Shown here: positions 49,288-59,333 of the stretch, piece by piece
How positions within the stretch are numbered: position 1 is the stretch's first letter
Layout of the letters: the number at the start of each line of letters is the position of its first letter
Made by a program: the position numbers and the translations under genes
From: Candidatus Poribacteria bacterium
GTDB lineage: Bacteria; Poribacteria; WGA-4E; PCPOR2b
Assembly (NCBI GenBank): GCA_965215015.1
Contig: OZ244042.1
Coordinates: forward strand, 224,001 to 288,000
Length of the DNA: 64,000 bases
Reading direction: 5' to 3'
The notes under the pieces: generated by a model
What the model was told of the DNA's origin: nothing
Seen by the model: the letters and a program-made list of their open reading frames with translations, nothing else
Database searches by the model: none

Positions 49288-50157
49288 TTACCACGGCATT
49301 GTGCGGTTAGTATGTTTACGACCGATGTTCGCAACCTCCTCACCACCTGAACCGACCCGAACGCCATTTGCGATTTGCTCAATTATGTTGTCTGGATTTA
49401 CACCGTCTAGAAACGCGATGTTTTCGGCCTCGCAGGCAGCCTTTACACGTGCTCGTGCATTTGCCATGTCTTCCGAGTAAGGCGGGTCGTGGGCATCGCT
49501 ATAACCGTGTGACAGTCCCATATCCCCCGGACCCCATTCAGCGAAGGCGATACCGGGGACCCGTGCTGTCGCTTCAACATTGCTCAATGCCCGCTTATTT
49601 TCAATCTTCAAGCCGAGAAAGATTTCACCTTCTGGATTCAGGGGCCAAACATCGGCGCGTTTCATGTATTCCTCTGTGGATATACCCCAAATCGCTGCCG
49701 CGCCGCCCTGCCCCCCGGCACCACGACGCCCCACATCAAGCCCTTGTCCAACACCGATTGTCTGGTGCGGATAGCGGGCAGATTCTACGAACACCTTCAC
49801 CGCACCGGGGGTTTCCGCATGGCATAACAGGATGCCGTGGACCCCTCTGGCAAGGACCTGTTTAACCATCCATGCATTTGCACGCATAACGTGTTCGTCA
49901 GTGCCATCCGTCGGCAGGGTGGTGATGACCGTCGGTGTATGGTGCCCGCTCTTCGTGGGACCGCTGGCAGCCAACCCTTTCATAAATGCGTCCAATCCTG
50001 CAAGGTTAAACATTCCATGTTCCATCTCGACCACGAGATAATCCGCCCACGTCTGGGAGGCTTGCACGCCCCCTTCGTAGCTGAGTTCTCCGGCACCGGA
50101 ATAATAGATTGGTTGCCCCTGTTCGAGCAGTTCAATTGCGCGATTCACTCTTGTCAT
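49288..50157 (-). CDS. HpcH/HpaI aldolase family protein
   Basis: EMEHG, VKQVLARG, KIE, GPGDM. Confidence 0.85.
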   Translation of the reverse strand: MTRVNRAIELLEQGQPIYYSGAGELSYEGGVQASQTWADYLVVEMEHGMFNLAGLDAFMKGLAASGPTKSGHHTPTVITTLPTDGTDEHVMRANAWMVKQVLARGVHGILLCHAETPGAVKVFVESARYPHQTIGVGQGLDVGRRGAGGQGGAAAIWGISTEEYMKRADVWPLNPEGEIFLGLKIENKRALSNVEATARVPGIAFAEWGPGDMGLSHGYSDAHDPPYSEDMANARARVKAACEAENIAFLDGVNPDNIIEQIANGVRVGSGGEEVANIGRKHTNRTMPW

Positions 50158-50298
50158 CTTTACACCTCTCTAAGTGTTGGATACAAAATCTGATAAACTT
50201 TCAATTCATATTCGACTACCTCTTTAACAAACGAGGTGGATGTTCAAGGACTTCATCCGCTGCGGTTTCGTTTACCACATCGGGCGGGAAAATTTTGA

Positions 50299-50392
50299 GG
50301 TTAATGTCAAAAGAAAGTGCTAAGCAGCTCAGAGCCCCCGAGTTGTTTTTCGGAAAAACTCGGGGGCTTTGCACGATTTCTTGACATGAGCG
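50299..50392. mobile_element. MITE-like element, family A copy 3
   Basis: GGTTAATGTCAAAAGAAAGTGC ... GCACGATTTCTTGACATGAGCG with internal hairpin AGCCCCCGAGTT/AACTCGGGGGCT. Confidence 0.75.
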
Positions 50393-50490
50393 ATTTTGAT
50401 TGTAGACTTTGGATATTCCTTTCGTCTGTTTTTGATGGTTACTATTATCGTTTCTCGGACTGACCGCCTTTGTAGATAGCTCTGCCCCTT

Positions 50491-50991
50491 CTACGGTGAA
50501 TTGATGAGGCCATTTAGATTGATTTGGTTGCCATTTTCAGGATCAAAGGTGAGTAATCCTTCCGTTCTCGCGGCTCTCAGCGGACGTCTATCAGAACTCA
50601 CGAAAATTAGATCATCACCCGCTGCCCGCAACTCATTAGCTTTATCAAGCGCACATTGCAGGATATATGCGTCGGTGTTGTTGAGAGAATATGTCTTAAT
50701 GAATTGCCGTGCGGCAATTTTCTGATTTTGAGTCGCATCCACTTTTTCCACATCAGCGTGATAGATGAATCCGGCTTCAAATTGTCGAATTACTTGATTG
50801 TAATTTGCTTCCTTAATCCTCCCATCATTTCTCTGTTTGCCGAAGACGTGGAGGGTTTCGTCCATACTATCAAACAAGCAAAGGATCCGGCGTAGGGAAA
50901 CATGAGTAAAAAGATGGTTGATTAGAGGTGTTCCTATTTCTGTAACGTACTGTTTGACGATTGCATTCGCATCCAACCAAAAATAATTCAC
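50491..50991 (-). CDS. PIN/VapC-family ribonuclease
   Basis: YFWLDANAIVK.Y..E.G, DAYIL, FVSSD acidic motifs. Confidence 0.85.
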   Translation of the reverse strand: MNYFWLDANAIVKQYVTEIGTPLINHLFTHVSLRRILCLFDSMDETLHVFGKQRNDGRIKEANYNQVIRQFEAGFIYHADVEKVDATQNQKIAARQFIKTYSLNNTDAYILQCALDKANELRAAGDDLIFVSSDRRPLRAARTEGLLTFDPENGNQINLNGLINSP

Positions 50992-51018
50992 GCGGGCTAT
51001 TCCTGATTTACTTCAATT

Positions 51019-54000
51019 CTAGTATTCTTCATAAAGCGATCTTAAGAAGTCGAACCCGGCTGCTGCGTATAGATCGCAGATCTTATCGGCCTCCTCCTTA
51101 TACCCTTGATTGTACAGGATACGGATTGTTTCTTGGATGTCAGTGGGAGGGTAATCCGGATATACCCCGTGATTAAGCATTTCTAGATACAGTATCCCCA
51201 CCTCTTTTGGTGTTTGAGGGACATGCCCCCGCAGGGCTTCAACAAAAAATGCCGAGTGGAAACGCCGCCCGACGTACTTTGCGGACAGCTTTAGCCATTC
51301 TAGAGCTTCCACATCTATTTTATCAATTAACTCTAGCCAGCCGGATAGCGAACCTAAAATTTCCTGATATTGCGATTCAGCACTTTTTGGGGAAAGGATT
51401 TCAATCAAAGCACACCACGCCGGTCTCACCTTTGATTTAACTGTATCGGGCGTGTTGTACCGTTGCTTCGAAAAAAAATCAACCATCTCCGAGAGGAGCT
51501 TGGGATTACCACTATTTATCAACTGATAAATGAGGCTGGTTTTATCGCTAAATGTTTCGAGATCTTCTATCCAACCCGTGCAGACACGCTTAATAAGCCC
51601 GCCCAGCACCTCCTGATCCGCAAAGTCGGTGTTTAGAGCCCTCTGATAGTCCCCACGTTCCTTAAGCAGAGAATAAAGATCGTCCGAGATTCGAGAACTG
51701 AATAGGTATCCCGAAAAGGCGGTTTCCCAGTGAGATTCATCCTGTTGTGGGAAGATTTGGTCTATATTATCGACCACCCACTTCTCATCAAGATACAACA
51801 GATTAGGTAAATAATTGCCAAGCGTAAAAGAAAATTCAAAGGAGGATTCAACGCTTCTATCCAGTCTCTTGGTGAAATCTGCTCTGATGGCTTGAGGCCA
51901 TCGGATTCCCTGTTCGGCATTGTTAATTCGGGCGTACCGTAAGGCGTAATGTACTATCGCGGCAAACACGCCGCCCCGAACTGAATTTAGAACCCCAAAG
52001 CGAAGATCTTCGAGGTTAAACACGCTCGGTTCAACCTTCTCTACAAGAATCATAAGAATCTTCTCAGCGAGGGGCAAGAGTTGGGCATCAAACGCCCGTT
52101 TATCATCTTTTGTTCCCTCTATTATCAAATCCGCTGTGGTAGAAATAATCCAATTTCTATAGTTAAACGGTTCCTCGGAGTGTTCAGTCCAAAACTGTTC
52201 TGATGAGAGGATTTGATGTATGAATTCAAGCAATGCGCCCCAACTAAACTCTCTCTTATCGCGCCACGCGTCCAGTAATCCAGACAAGATTGAATGTTGA
52301 TAACAGTTACGAACACCTCGGAAGGGCTGTAGGGCCTCCGTAAACTGTTGTGGATTCGTTTTCACATATTCCTTAAGTTTCTCTCTCAATCCTCGTTCAG
52401 CTGGATCTCCCCAACTCCCTGCTTCCGGGAAATCATTCAGATACTGCGCGATTTCAGCATTGGACCTCTCAGACAGTTCCGCGACTGTCATCATACTCAC
52501 TTCTTCGTACCCGATTTTAATGAAGGAAGAAAGCCCAGGGCATTCAATCTTTACTGGATTAATCCGCTCATACTTCCGATAGGCAGTGATAACTTTTTTA
52601 TTGCCGGTGTCGAGAAGCGCAGTGAGCCATTCGCGCTTATAAAGAGCCGCAACTTTAGCACCTTCTTCATTATCTTCTGTGAGTAGTGCTATGTAGTATT
52701 GGTGGGATTCTATCCAGTGTAATATCTGGTCAATTTCGCCTTTATCAAAATTGAGGCAGTGGGTTTGGATTAATTGGTAAAGTTCAGGCTTCAACTCATA
52801 TTCTTCAAGCGGATTGCCTTCCCACTCCCAGAACAGATTTTTCAAATCGTCGTAGTGGTATGTGATAACGTTGAGAGCAATCCGGGCGAAGATAGCGGGA
52901 GAACCTTTTGCATCTTGATAGTCGCGTTCTGCTGCCCCCCCCTCCTTTAACTGGGATTTTAGTGTGCGTACTTGACTTGGACTCACAGTGGCCCGCTGCA
53001 GGACCCCCTGCTTTAACAGGAATGTTACTGTGTCCGCAATGCCATCAGGGGAGGCAAGATGGAATAAGCGGCAGGTAAAACTAACCAATAGTTCAGCATA
53101 GCTTTGCTCTGGACCATAGGAGGGTTCGGTTTCAATTCTCTCTATGAAATCAAACGAGTATGTACCTGCGTCAATAAGGGTTCGGATTTGTGTAAGGGCA
53201 ATCTGTGCCGGTTCAACCCCACATAATTCTGAGATCGCTTGCACCTGTTGTTTAATAGCTTCCTTGAGCCAGTATTCCTCCATTGCGGGGCGTATTCGGC
53301 GATTGATGACCTTGGCATCAAACATCACCTTGAGCAGAGCAAGGGATAAATCTCTGTCACGTTCGCTAAGAAATTTCGGGAGGATTGTTTCACCAATTTC
53401 GCTACTCACCCCTCCGTATCTTAATTTTAATGCAGTGCCCATGAAAGTGATATGTTTGTGTTCTATCCGATCTATAGGAAGCGTACCGATAATTTCAATG
53501 AGTCTCCGGTTTGTGCTATCGTTTTCGATGCTTTTTTCGGTGTCATTAGTATAGTCAACTATGTCATCAACGATATTCACAAGGAGATCAACGGGGCACT
53601 CCGGATGATGGGCGATTTTCTCCACATATTCCAAGGCGTGCCAAACGGGAACGCGGTAGCTCCCCGGAACATCTGGGGATTCATCGGGCAGAGGATTCTG
53701 CTCAGGATTGAACCAACCTGCCCTCTTTAGAGGTTCCAGCCATGTAGGATATTTAAGTTGTCTGAAGAAATACGCCCGTCTTGCGTCGGATTGTAACAGA
53801 TTGGACAGAGTCTCTATTATATTCTTAGTCGGTGCTTTATATGCAAGGATTCGATCCAATCGGTTTAGGAGATTCAAGTAGCTTCCCACCAGCTCTGCCA
53901 ATACTTCCTCAAAATCATACCAAAGATGTTCAAATTCTTTTCGGCTCCGGGGAGATTTCCAAGGACCGCGGCGATGGACAAAACCAACAAATTTGGGAGC

Positions 54001-54447
54001 GACCTCTATCCACCTGACAGCAAAACGTATGTTTACATCATCAGGATTAGAAAGTGTGTCTCTATCATCAATACGCAGTGCCGCCAAAATTGAGGCGATA
54101 TGTCCTTTGTCTTTTTTTAGGGTGTTATAGTCTCCTATCTTAGCCAAAACCTCTTTTGTGAGTTGCCTCTGTATCCTTGCTTTGTCTTCGTCGCTAGATA
54201 GGATAGCTCGCAAACCTCCATCAATTTCCCGGGCAATATGTGCTAACAGATAGGGCGCAGTTTCTAAATTGTCAGCGTGTAGTATCTTTACCCCGTCTAA
54301 ATAAAAAGCAGCGATTTCGTGTCCTATCTCTTTCAGGTTCCGGTAAATTTTAGCCTGACGAGGGGTCAACTCAGGTTCAGAGACTCGGGGACTCACCTGT
54401 GATAAGTCCTGTTCCGCGGTAAATCCGTTATTCATAATCCACCTCAT
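51019..54447 (-). CDS. Large hypothetical protein, predicted mostly helical, in defence island
   Basis: Uninterrupted 1142-aa ORF, lower GC than neighbours, no recognisable P-loop or signal peptide. Confidence 0.85.
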   Translation of the reverse strand: MRWIMNNGFTAEQDLSQVSPRVSEPELTPRQAKIYRNLKEIGHEIAAFYLDGVKILHADNLETAPYLLAHIAREIDGGLRAILSSDEDKARIQRQLTKEVLAKIGDYNTLKKDKGHIASILAALRIDDRDTLSNPDDVNIRFAVRWIEVAPKFVGFVHRRGPWKSPRSRKEFEHLWYDFEEVLAELVGSYLNLLNRLDRILAYKAPTKNIIETLSNLLQSDARRAYFFRQLKYPTWLEPLKRAGWFNPEQNPLPDESPDVPGSYRVPVWHALEYVEKIAHHPECPVDLLVNIVDDIVDYTNDTEKSIENDSTNRRLIEIIGTLPIDRIEHKHITFMGTALKLRYGGVSSEIGETILPKFLSERDRDLSLALLKVMFDAKVINRRIRPAMEEYWLKEAIKQQVQAISELCGVEPAQIALTQIRTLIDAGTYSFDFIERIETEPSYGPEQSYAELLVSFTCRLFHLASPDGIADTVTFLLKQGVLQRATVSPSQVRTLKSQLKEGGAAERDYQDAKGSPAIFARIALNVITYHYDDLKNLFWEWEGNPLEEYELKPELYQLIQTHCLNFDKGEIDQILHWIESHQYYIALLTEDNEEGAKVAALYKREWLTALLDTGNKKVITAYRKYERINPVKIECPGLSSFIKIGYEEVSMMTVAELSERSNAEIAQYLNDFPEAGSWGDPAERGLREKLKEYVKTNPQQFTEALQPFRGVRNCYQHSILSGLLDAWRDKREFSWGALLEFIHQILSSEQFWTEHSEEPFNYRNWIISTTADLIIEGTKDDKRAFDAQLLPLAEKILMILVEKVEPSVFNLEDLRFGVLNSVRGGVFAAIVHYALRYARINNAEQGIRWPQAIRADFTKRLDRSVESSFEFSFTLGNYLPNLLYLDEKWVVDNIDQIFPQQDESHWETAFSGYLFSSRISDDLYSLLKERGDYQRALNTDFADQEVLGGLIKRVCTGWIEDLETFSDKTSLIYQLINSGNPKLLSEMVDFFSKQRYNTPDTVKSKVRPAWCALIEILSPKSAESQYQEILGSLSGWLELIDKIDVEALEWLKLSAKYVGRRFHSAFFVEALRGHVPQTPKEVGILYLEMLNHGVYPDYPPTDIQETIRILYNQGYKEEADKICDLYAAAGFDFLRSLYEEY

Positions 54448-54517
54448 ATCAACAAATGCGTGTCATGGAACTCCATTCGGGAAAAATCAGATAATATTCT
54501 CATAAATCCATACTTCA

Positions 54518-54705
54518 TTGGGCTTACGCAGTTCAGTCTGTAGTAGCGCAATTCAACCCCGATCTGGATCGGGGCGATAAACCGCCCGACTACGAACCTA
54601 CAAATTAACTGTAGTTGCCCGATTTATCGGGCGTTGGGAGCGGTGGGCTACGGCGATGAATCGCCGAACGATAAAGCTTTGAGCATTCAACTGCGTCCGC
54701 CCTAA
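54518..54705. mobile_element. MITE/REPIN-like element (family B) containing GTAG palindromes
   Basis: Ends TTGGGCTTACGCAGTT / AACTGCGTCCGCCCTAA; internal hairpins CCCCGATC/GATCGGGG, GCCCGAT/ATCGGGC, CGGCGAT/ATCGCCG. Confidence 0.65.
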
Positions 54706-54706
54706 C

Positions 54707-57352
54707 CTAGTTGTTGAGTCGGGAGCCCTCTGCTATTGCTTCGTTGAGTTCGGTCTGCCACGAGTTCTCAAACAGCATCTTAAAAGACATCGTTTTGTTC
54801 GTGGCGTAGACAACATCCATTTTTCCATGCACGGTGGCATTCCGATAAGCTGTTTCCAAAGTTTTGAGCAGTTTTTGCTTATACTCCGTATCGGGGTTGC
54901 CTTTGAATTGTAGTCCCTTAGTTTCTAAGATGAGAATCCGTTGGGGGCCATTTTTATCCTGTTGAACACACGCTACAACGTCCGGATAAACGCGTTCCCG
55001 CCGCCACCCTTGCAAAGAATATCCCTGCTTTGCCGCGACACGGTGCCACCACCGGATTGCCTTATTCTCATCCAAATAGATAACGAAGTCCTTTTCTAAA
55101 TTATTGAATTCTCCCTCAAACACAGGTTCAAATAGGTTCAGTTGCAATGCGTCGCCATGCGAGCGAGTCAACGGTTTGTCCTCTTTTGAAACAATAACAT
55201 CCAGAGTGTCTTCAAGTTTGTAGTTCAACGCCACATCCGTTTCTAGGTTGAACCGAATCTGGCCCTCCCTAAGTTTCGTTCGGAACACAGATTCGGAAAG
55301 TTCATCAATGCGCTCTCGGAGATTATTTTTCAAGACTTCGGACAGATACAACCGGTTGGCATACAAAGTGGCTTCATCATCACCTCGTTCTCGGTATCCT
55401 TGGAGGGTTGCTTTCACGATTCGGGCTGCCTGCCATGGATTGGTGATAACGTCGCCCAAACGGCGGACAAAAAAGGAGATCTCCAATTTCATGTCGGGAC
55501 CACCCTCGTCGCTCGCTTGCATCTGTTTCTCTATCACGGAATCGTCTTGTAAGTGGATAGTGGCTTGAATTTCTTGGAGGTGCTCTTGATCTCCAAGATC
55601 AACGGGTTCTACAGGACCAAGCTGAGTCCAGTCAATAGCACTGAGGATGTCGCGTTCATAGTCAAGAGGTTGCCAACTCCGTCCCTGCTTATGTAAGACT
55701 TGAGGCAGAAAGATATCCACAGAGCGGTATTGCTGCCGACGGTGGATAATTTTTTTTGCCTGTTCCTGCTCCGGGCTCTTAACAAATTTGGCAAGTCCTG
55801 TCAACCCTTCTGCCTCTAATCCTTTCTTGACGTTTTTAACTGTCTCGCCAGTTTTCTGATTGAAGCAATGGACGTAACAACTATCCAGTTTCGGGTGGTT
55901 TGTGGCGCGTGCATACGGTTGGCGCATCACCCGGCCGATGAGTTGCGTCATCGCGGTCGCCGCGGTCGTATTATCAAGGAGTGTCAATAGATAGGCAAAC
56001 GAGCAGTCCCACCCTTCCTTTAGTGCATCTTTCGTGATGATGTAACGGACTGGACAAAATGGACTCAGCAAATCAAGACCCGCGAGCTCATCCTGCTCCG
56101 ATGATTTCACCTTGATTTGTGTTGGGCTCACACCCAAGCCCTGAATCAGTTCTTCACGGACATCCTCTGCATGGACTTTTATACCATCCCGTTGTTTTTT
56201 GCCGGTTCTATCAACCCGAATCACGGCAATAGGACGGATGTAACAATTATCGGTGTTTTCAAAATGCTTTGCAGCCTCTTCAAGTTGATCGCGCTCTACT
56301 TTTGTCTTTGCCAACGTATGTTTCCAATCCGGATTGTTGAAATTCCGGAGTTGAATCGGAAGTTTAATCATCTCTTCATCCTTCAGGGCAACACCGGAGA
56401 TGTTGACGAGGATGTTGCTGATCCCAAGTTTCGGAGTGGCAGAGAGTTCCAATACAAAGCGTGGATTGAGACGATTCACCGCTTCGACAAATTGCCGGTT
56501 GTTCTCCCCTTTCTTGCTGCCGTACGCTTTGTGAGCCTCATCTAAAATCACTATCGGCTTCAACAGTTTCAACACATTAAAGAGACTCTGTTTTATTAAC
56601 TTGTCCGTAGGTTTACGAACAACCGTTCCCCCTGCAAGAGAATCTTCGGTGTCGAGGTCTGGATGTTTTGCCAATAATGTCTGATGCCCCCGAATATCGT
56701 CTTCCGGTGGAAAAAAGGACGCATAGCCACCACTGTCGCGAAATATTTTGAGAAATTCTTTATTTTTTTTTCGGTTCGCAGCTGGAAGCATCAAGAGCAT
56801 CACACAGAGGTAGGCTTCAACGTCATGCTGCGTGAACCTATCATCCTTTTGAAAAAGTTTGACCCTTCCCCCTGACGCGCGCTCCAGAATTTGGCGATAC
56901 GGATGTTCTCGGTTCCGAAAAGCGTCCCACGTTTGTGTGTAGATTGCTTTTGTGGGCACAAGCCACAGCAAAAAACCTGTACCGATTTTGAGACGACGCA
57001 CTGCCTCTACACCTAACAAGGTCTTCCCTCCGCCGGTAGGCACTTTTAGGCAGACATGTGGAATAGGTTCACCAGAAGCGGCTTGACGCGGAATGTATTC
57101 TGGAACCGGCTCCTGCCCATTGTCCTCTGAAACGCCCGGCAACACCGCTACTTCTCGTAGGCTGTCCCATGCAGCGCGGGGATAATCCTTCGCTGCACGT
57201 GCTAAGGCGACGGATTGCTCTCTCAAAACCGCAGGAAGCTCATCGATGTTAAGCGCAGAGAGCTCGTCCGCTTTCTGGCGCGCATCTTTCAGAGCCTCTA
57301 AATAGCGTTCTAACGTTTCCAATGCCTGCTGTTGATAAGCTTTGAGATCCAA
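54707..57352 (-). CDS. res: Type III restriction endonuclease subunit
   Basis: VPTGGGKT, DEAH, SAT, LKEGWD, QLIGR, C-terminal PD..ETK; 3 nt downstream of mod. Confidence 0.93.
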   Translation of the reverse strand: MDLKAYQQQALETLERYLEALKDARQKADELSALNIDELPAVLREQSVALARAAKDYPRAAWDSLREVAVLPGVSEDNGQEPVPEYIPRQAASGEPIPHVCLKVPTGGGKTLLGVEAVRRLKIGTGFLLWLVPTKAIYTQTWDAFRNREHPYRQILERASGGRVKLFQKDDRFTQHDVEAYLCVMLLMLPAANRKKNKEFLKIFRDSGGYASFFPPEDDIRGHQTLLAKHPDLDTEDSLAGGTVVRKPTDKLIKQSLFNVLKLLKPIVILDEAHKAYGSKKGENNRQFVEAVNRLNPRFVLELSATPKLGISNILVNISGVALKDEEMIKLPIQLRNFNNPDWKHTLAKTKVERDQLEEAAKHFENTDNCYIRPIAVIRVDRTGKKQRDGIKVHAEDVREELIQGLGVSPTQIKVKSSEQDELAGLDLLSPFCPVRYIITKDALKEGWDCSFAYLLTLLDNTTAATAMTQLIGRVMRQPYARATNHPKLDSCYVHCFNQKTGETVKNVKKGLEAEGLTGLAKFVKSPEQEQAKKIIHRRQQYRSVDIFLPQVLHKQGRSWQPLDYERDILSAIDWTQLGPVEPVDLGDQEHLQEIQATIHLQDDSVIEKQMQASDEGGPDMKLEISFFVRRLGDVITNPWQAARIVKATLQGYRERGDDEATLYANRLYLSEVLKNNLRERIDELSESVFRTKLREGQIRFNLETDVALNYKLEDTLDVIVSKEDKPLTRSHGDALQLNLFEPVFEGEFNNLEKDFVIYLDENKAIRWWHRVAAKQGYSLQGWRRERVYPDVVACVQQDKNGPQRILILETKGLQFKGNPDTEYKQKLLKTLETAYRNATVHGKMDVVYATNKTMSFKMLFENSWQTELNEAIAEGSRLNN

Positions 57353-57355
57353 TTT

Positions 57356-58999
57356 TTATGCACCCGTGATTCGATGGAGGTGATAGGGAAGTTGGCAAAA
57401 GGTGATACCCAGGGCTGAGAGCTCTTTTTGACTCATAAACTTCTGCGTCGCATAGACATACGCCTTTTTCCCTGTTGATTGGCAGCGTTTGCCTATTTGC
57501 GTTGCACGTTTCCCATCTAGTGCAGACTGATTGCTCTCTAAAAATTCAAGACTTGGCTCATAAATCAGATAAAAGAGGTGTGTATCTGTCTCGCCGAAAA
57601 AGCAATCTGCCCGACATACGATATTCCCAAGCGAGATGCCAGTTGCAACATAAGCGATGTAACCCGCCAAGGTTTCATAAGCCGGTAGAGTATCTCCCGT
57701 AAGCAGTCCCTCAGTATCAATCGGTTCACCGAGTGTGTAGTAAGTGAAGCTACCACCGAGGCCTTGTTGGAGCACTTCATCTTTAGCCGTATCAACACCG
57801 TTGATGACACGGCGGACACGCTCGGCGGTGATGGTGTCGGCGTAATCTTCGCATTCAATCAGGATGAACTTCCGATTGCCCCCATCTTCCTTATTCAGTG
57901 TGAGGACAGCGTGGGCCGTGGTGCCACTGCCGGCAAAAGAGTCAAGGATGATGGCATCCTTATCAGATAAACGCAATATCTGCATTAGTAGGCGATTGGG
58001 TTTCGGAGTAGTAAATTGTTCTTCTCTATTAGCAAGAATAGCTTTAACTTCCCTGACCGCCTCCTGATTATGTCCAACGTCCTGATGTTGCCATATGGTA
58101 TTCGCTTTTCTACCCTGTTGAACTTCTGAAAGAAATCGTTTAAGCCTCGGAAAGGAGTCCCCTTTTGCTCCGAACCAAATCCGATTATCAGCTATTAGTT
58201 GTTTCAAGTTTGATTCTGAAAAGGCCCAATGCTTACCAGCCTGAACATTGAAAGATTTTCCAGTTGGGCCTGTTACTTCGTAATACCCACCTGTCCGTTC
58301 TTGATTTGCGACTAAATCACCCGATATCCAATCTCCACGTGGATCGTTATCAGGATTTTTGTAAGCACGGTCCATCTTCTCTGTTCTCGGTAACAATGCG
58401 ATATTGGCCGACAACTTATGCTTTGCATAGACCTGAATAAAATCATGGTTATCAGAGAAGTATTTAGCATCATTTTTGAGGCTGTGGATCTTCTCCCAAA
58501 TTATATTTGCCAGAAAATTCTCCGCCCCGAAAATCTCGTCCATCAGCATCCGCAGGTGGTGTTGTTCATTATCATCAATGGAGATAAAGATGACGCCATC
58601 ATCAGCAAGCAATTCTTTGAGTAGGTGCAACCGCGGCCACATCATGCAGAGCCATTTGTCATGCCGCTCAAGGTCTTCATTATCAACAGGACTGTTCTTT
58701 GTGAACCATTGCTGCATAAGTGGGCCGTTTACGTTGTCGTTATAACACCATCCCTCGTTGCCGGTGTTGTACGGCGGATCAATGTAGATGCACTTGATAC
58801 GGTTCGCGTAGCGGGGCAGCAGTGCTTTGAGAGCGTGTAGGTTGTCGCCGTGGATGATAAGGTTGTTGTCGGCACCCCCTCTTTCCCCCACAGGCGGGGG
58901 ATTGCAGGAGCGGCGTTCGTCCAGTTTGAGTGGACGGTAAGGAACGGTGAGATGGTGGGAGTAGATATGTTGTTTCCCTTTGAAATCGAGTGTGGGCAT
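57356..58999 (-). CDS. mod: Type III DNA methyltransferase subunit, copy B
   Basis: GDNL, YIDPPYN, central TRD, DSFAGSGTT (beta-class order). Confidence 0.95.
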   Translation of the reverse strand: MPTLDFKGKQHIYSHHLTVPYRPLKLDERRSCNPPPVGERGGADNNLIIHGDNLHALKALLPRYANRIKCIYIDPPYNTGNEGWCYNDNVNGPLMQQWFTKNSPVDNEDLERHDKWLCMMWPRLHLLKELLADDGVIFISIDDNEQHHLRMLMDEIFGAENFLANIIWEKIHSLKNDAKYFSDNHDFIQVYAKHKLSANIALLPRTEKMDRAYKNPDNDPRGDWISGDLVANQERTGGYYEVTGPTGKSFNVQAGKHWAFSESNLKQLIADNRIWFGAKGDSFPRLKRFLSEVQQGRKANTIWQHQDVGHNQEAVREVKAILANREEQFTTPKPNRLLMQILRLSDKDAIILDSFAGSGTTAHAVLTLNKEDGGNRKFILIECEDYADTITAERVRRVINGVDTAKDEVLQQGLGGSFTYYTLGEPIDTEGLLTGDTLPAYETLAGYIAYVATGISLGNIVCRADCFFGETDTHLFYLIYEPSLEFLESNQSALDGKRATQIGKRCQSTGKKAYVYATQKFMSQKELSALGITFCQLPYHLHRITGA

Positions 59000-59056
59000 G
59001 GTGAGATTCCTTTGGGGGGGCCTTGTTTATCTGTCTTACACAAATCCTATGGTAAA

Positions 59057-59085
59057 ATTATAGCATTCCTTTGGGAGCGTGTCAA
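59057..59085 (-). promoter_or_regulatory. Consensus sigma70 promoter of mod copy B/res
   Basis: TTGACA-17nt-TATAAT with extended TG. Confidence 0.8.
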
Positions 59086-59150
59086 AAAATTACACTACAG
59101 ATCGAATGCCTAAATTCCTATATCTGCTCACCGATTAAAAGCCCCAAATG

Positions 59151-59330
59151 TTGAGACGACGCACTGCCTCTACACCTAACAATGTTTTCCCTCCGCCGGT
59201 AGGCACTTTTAGGAAGCTCATCGATGTTAAGCGCAGAGAGCTCGTCCGCTTTCTTGCGCGCATCTTTCAGAGCCTCTAAATAGCGTTCTAACGTTTCCAA
59301 TGCCTGCTGTTGGTAAGCTTTGAGATCCAA
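59151..59330 (-). pseudogene. res: Truncated, internally deleted 5' copy of res
   Basis: Near-identical to 57352-57233 joined to 57050-56988 (185 nt missing, AGG microhomology), frameshifted. Confidence 0.9.
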
Positions 59331-59333
59331 TTT

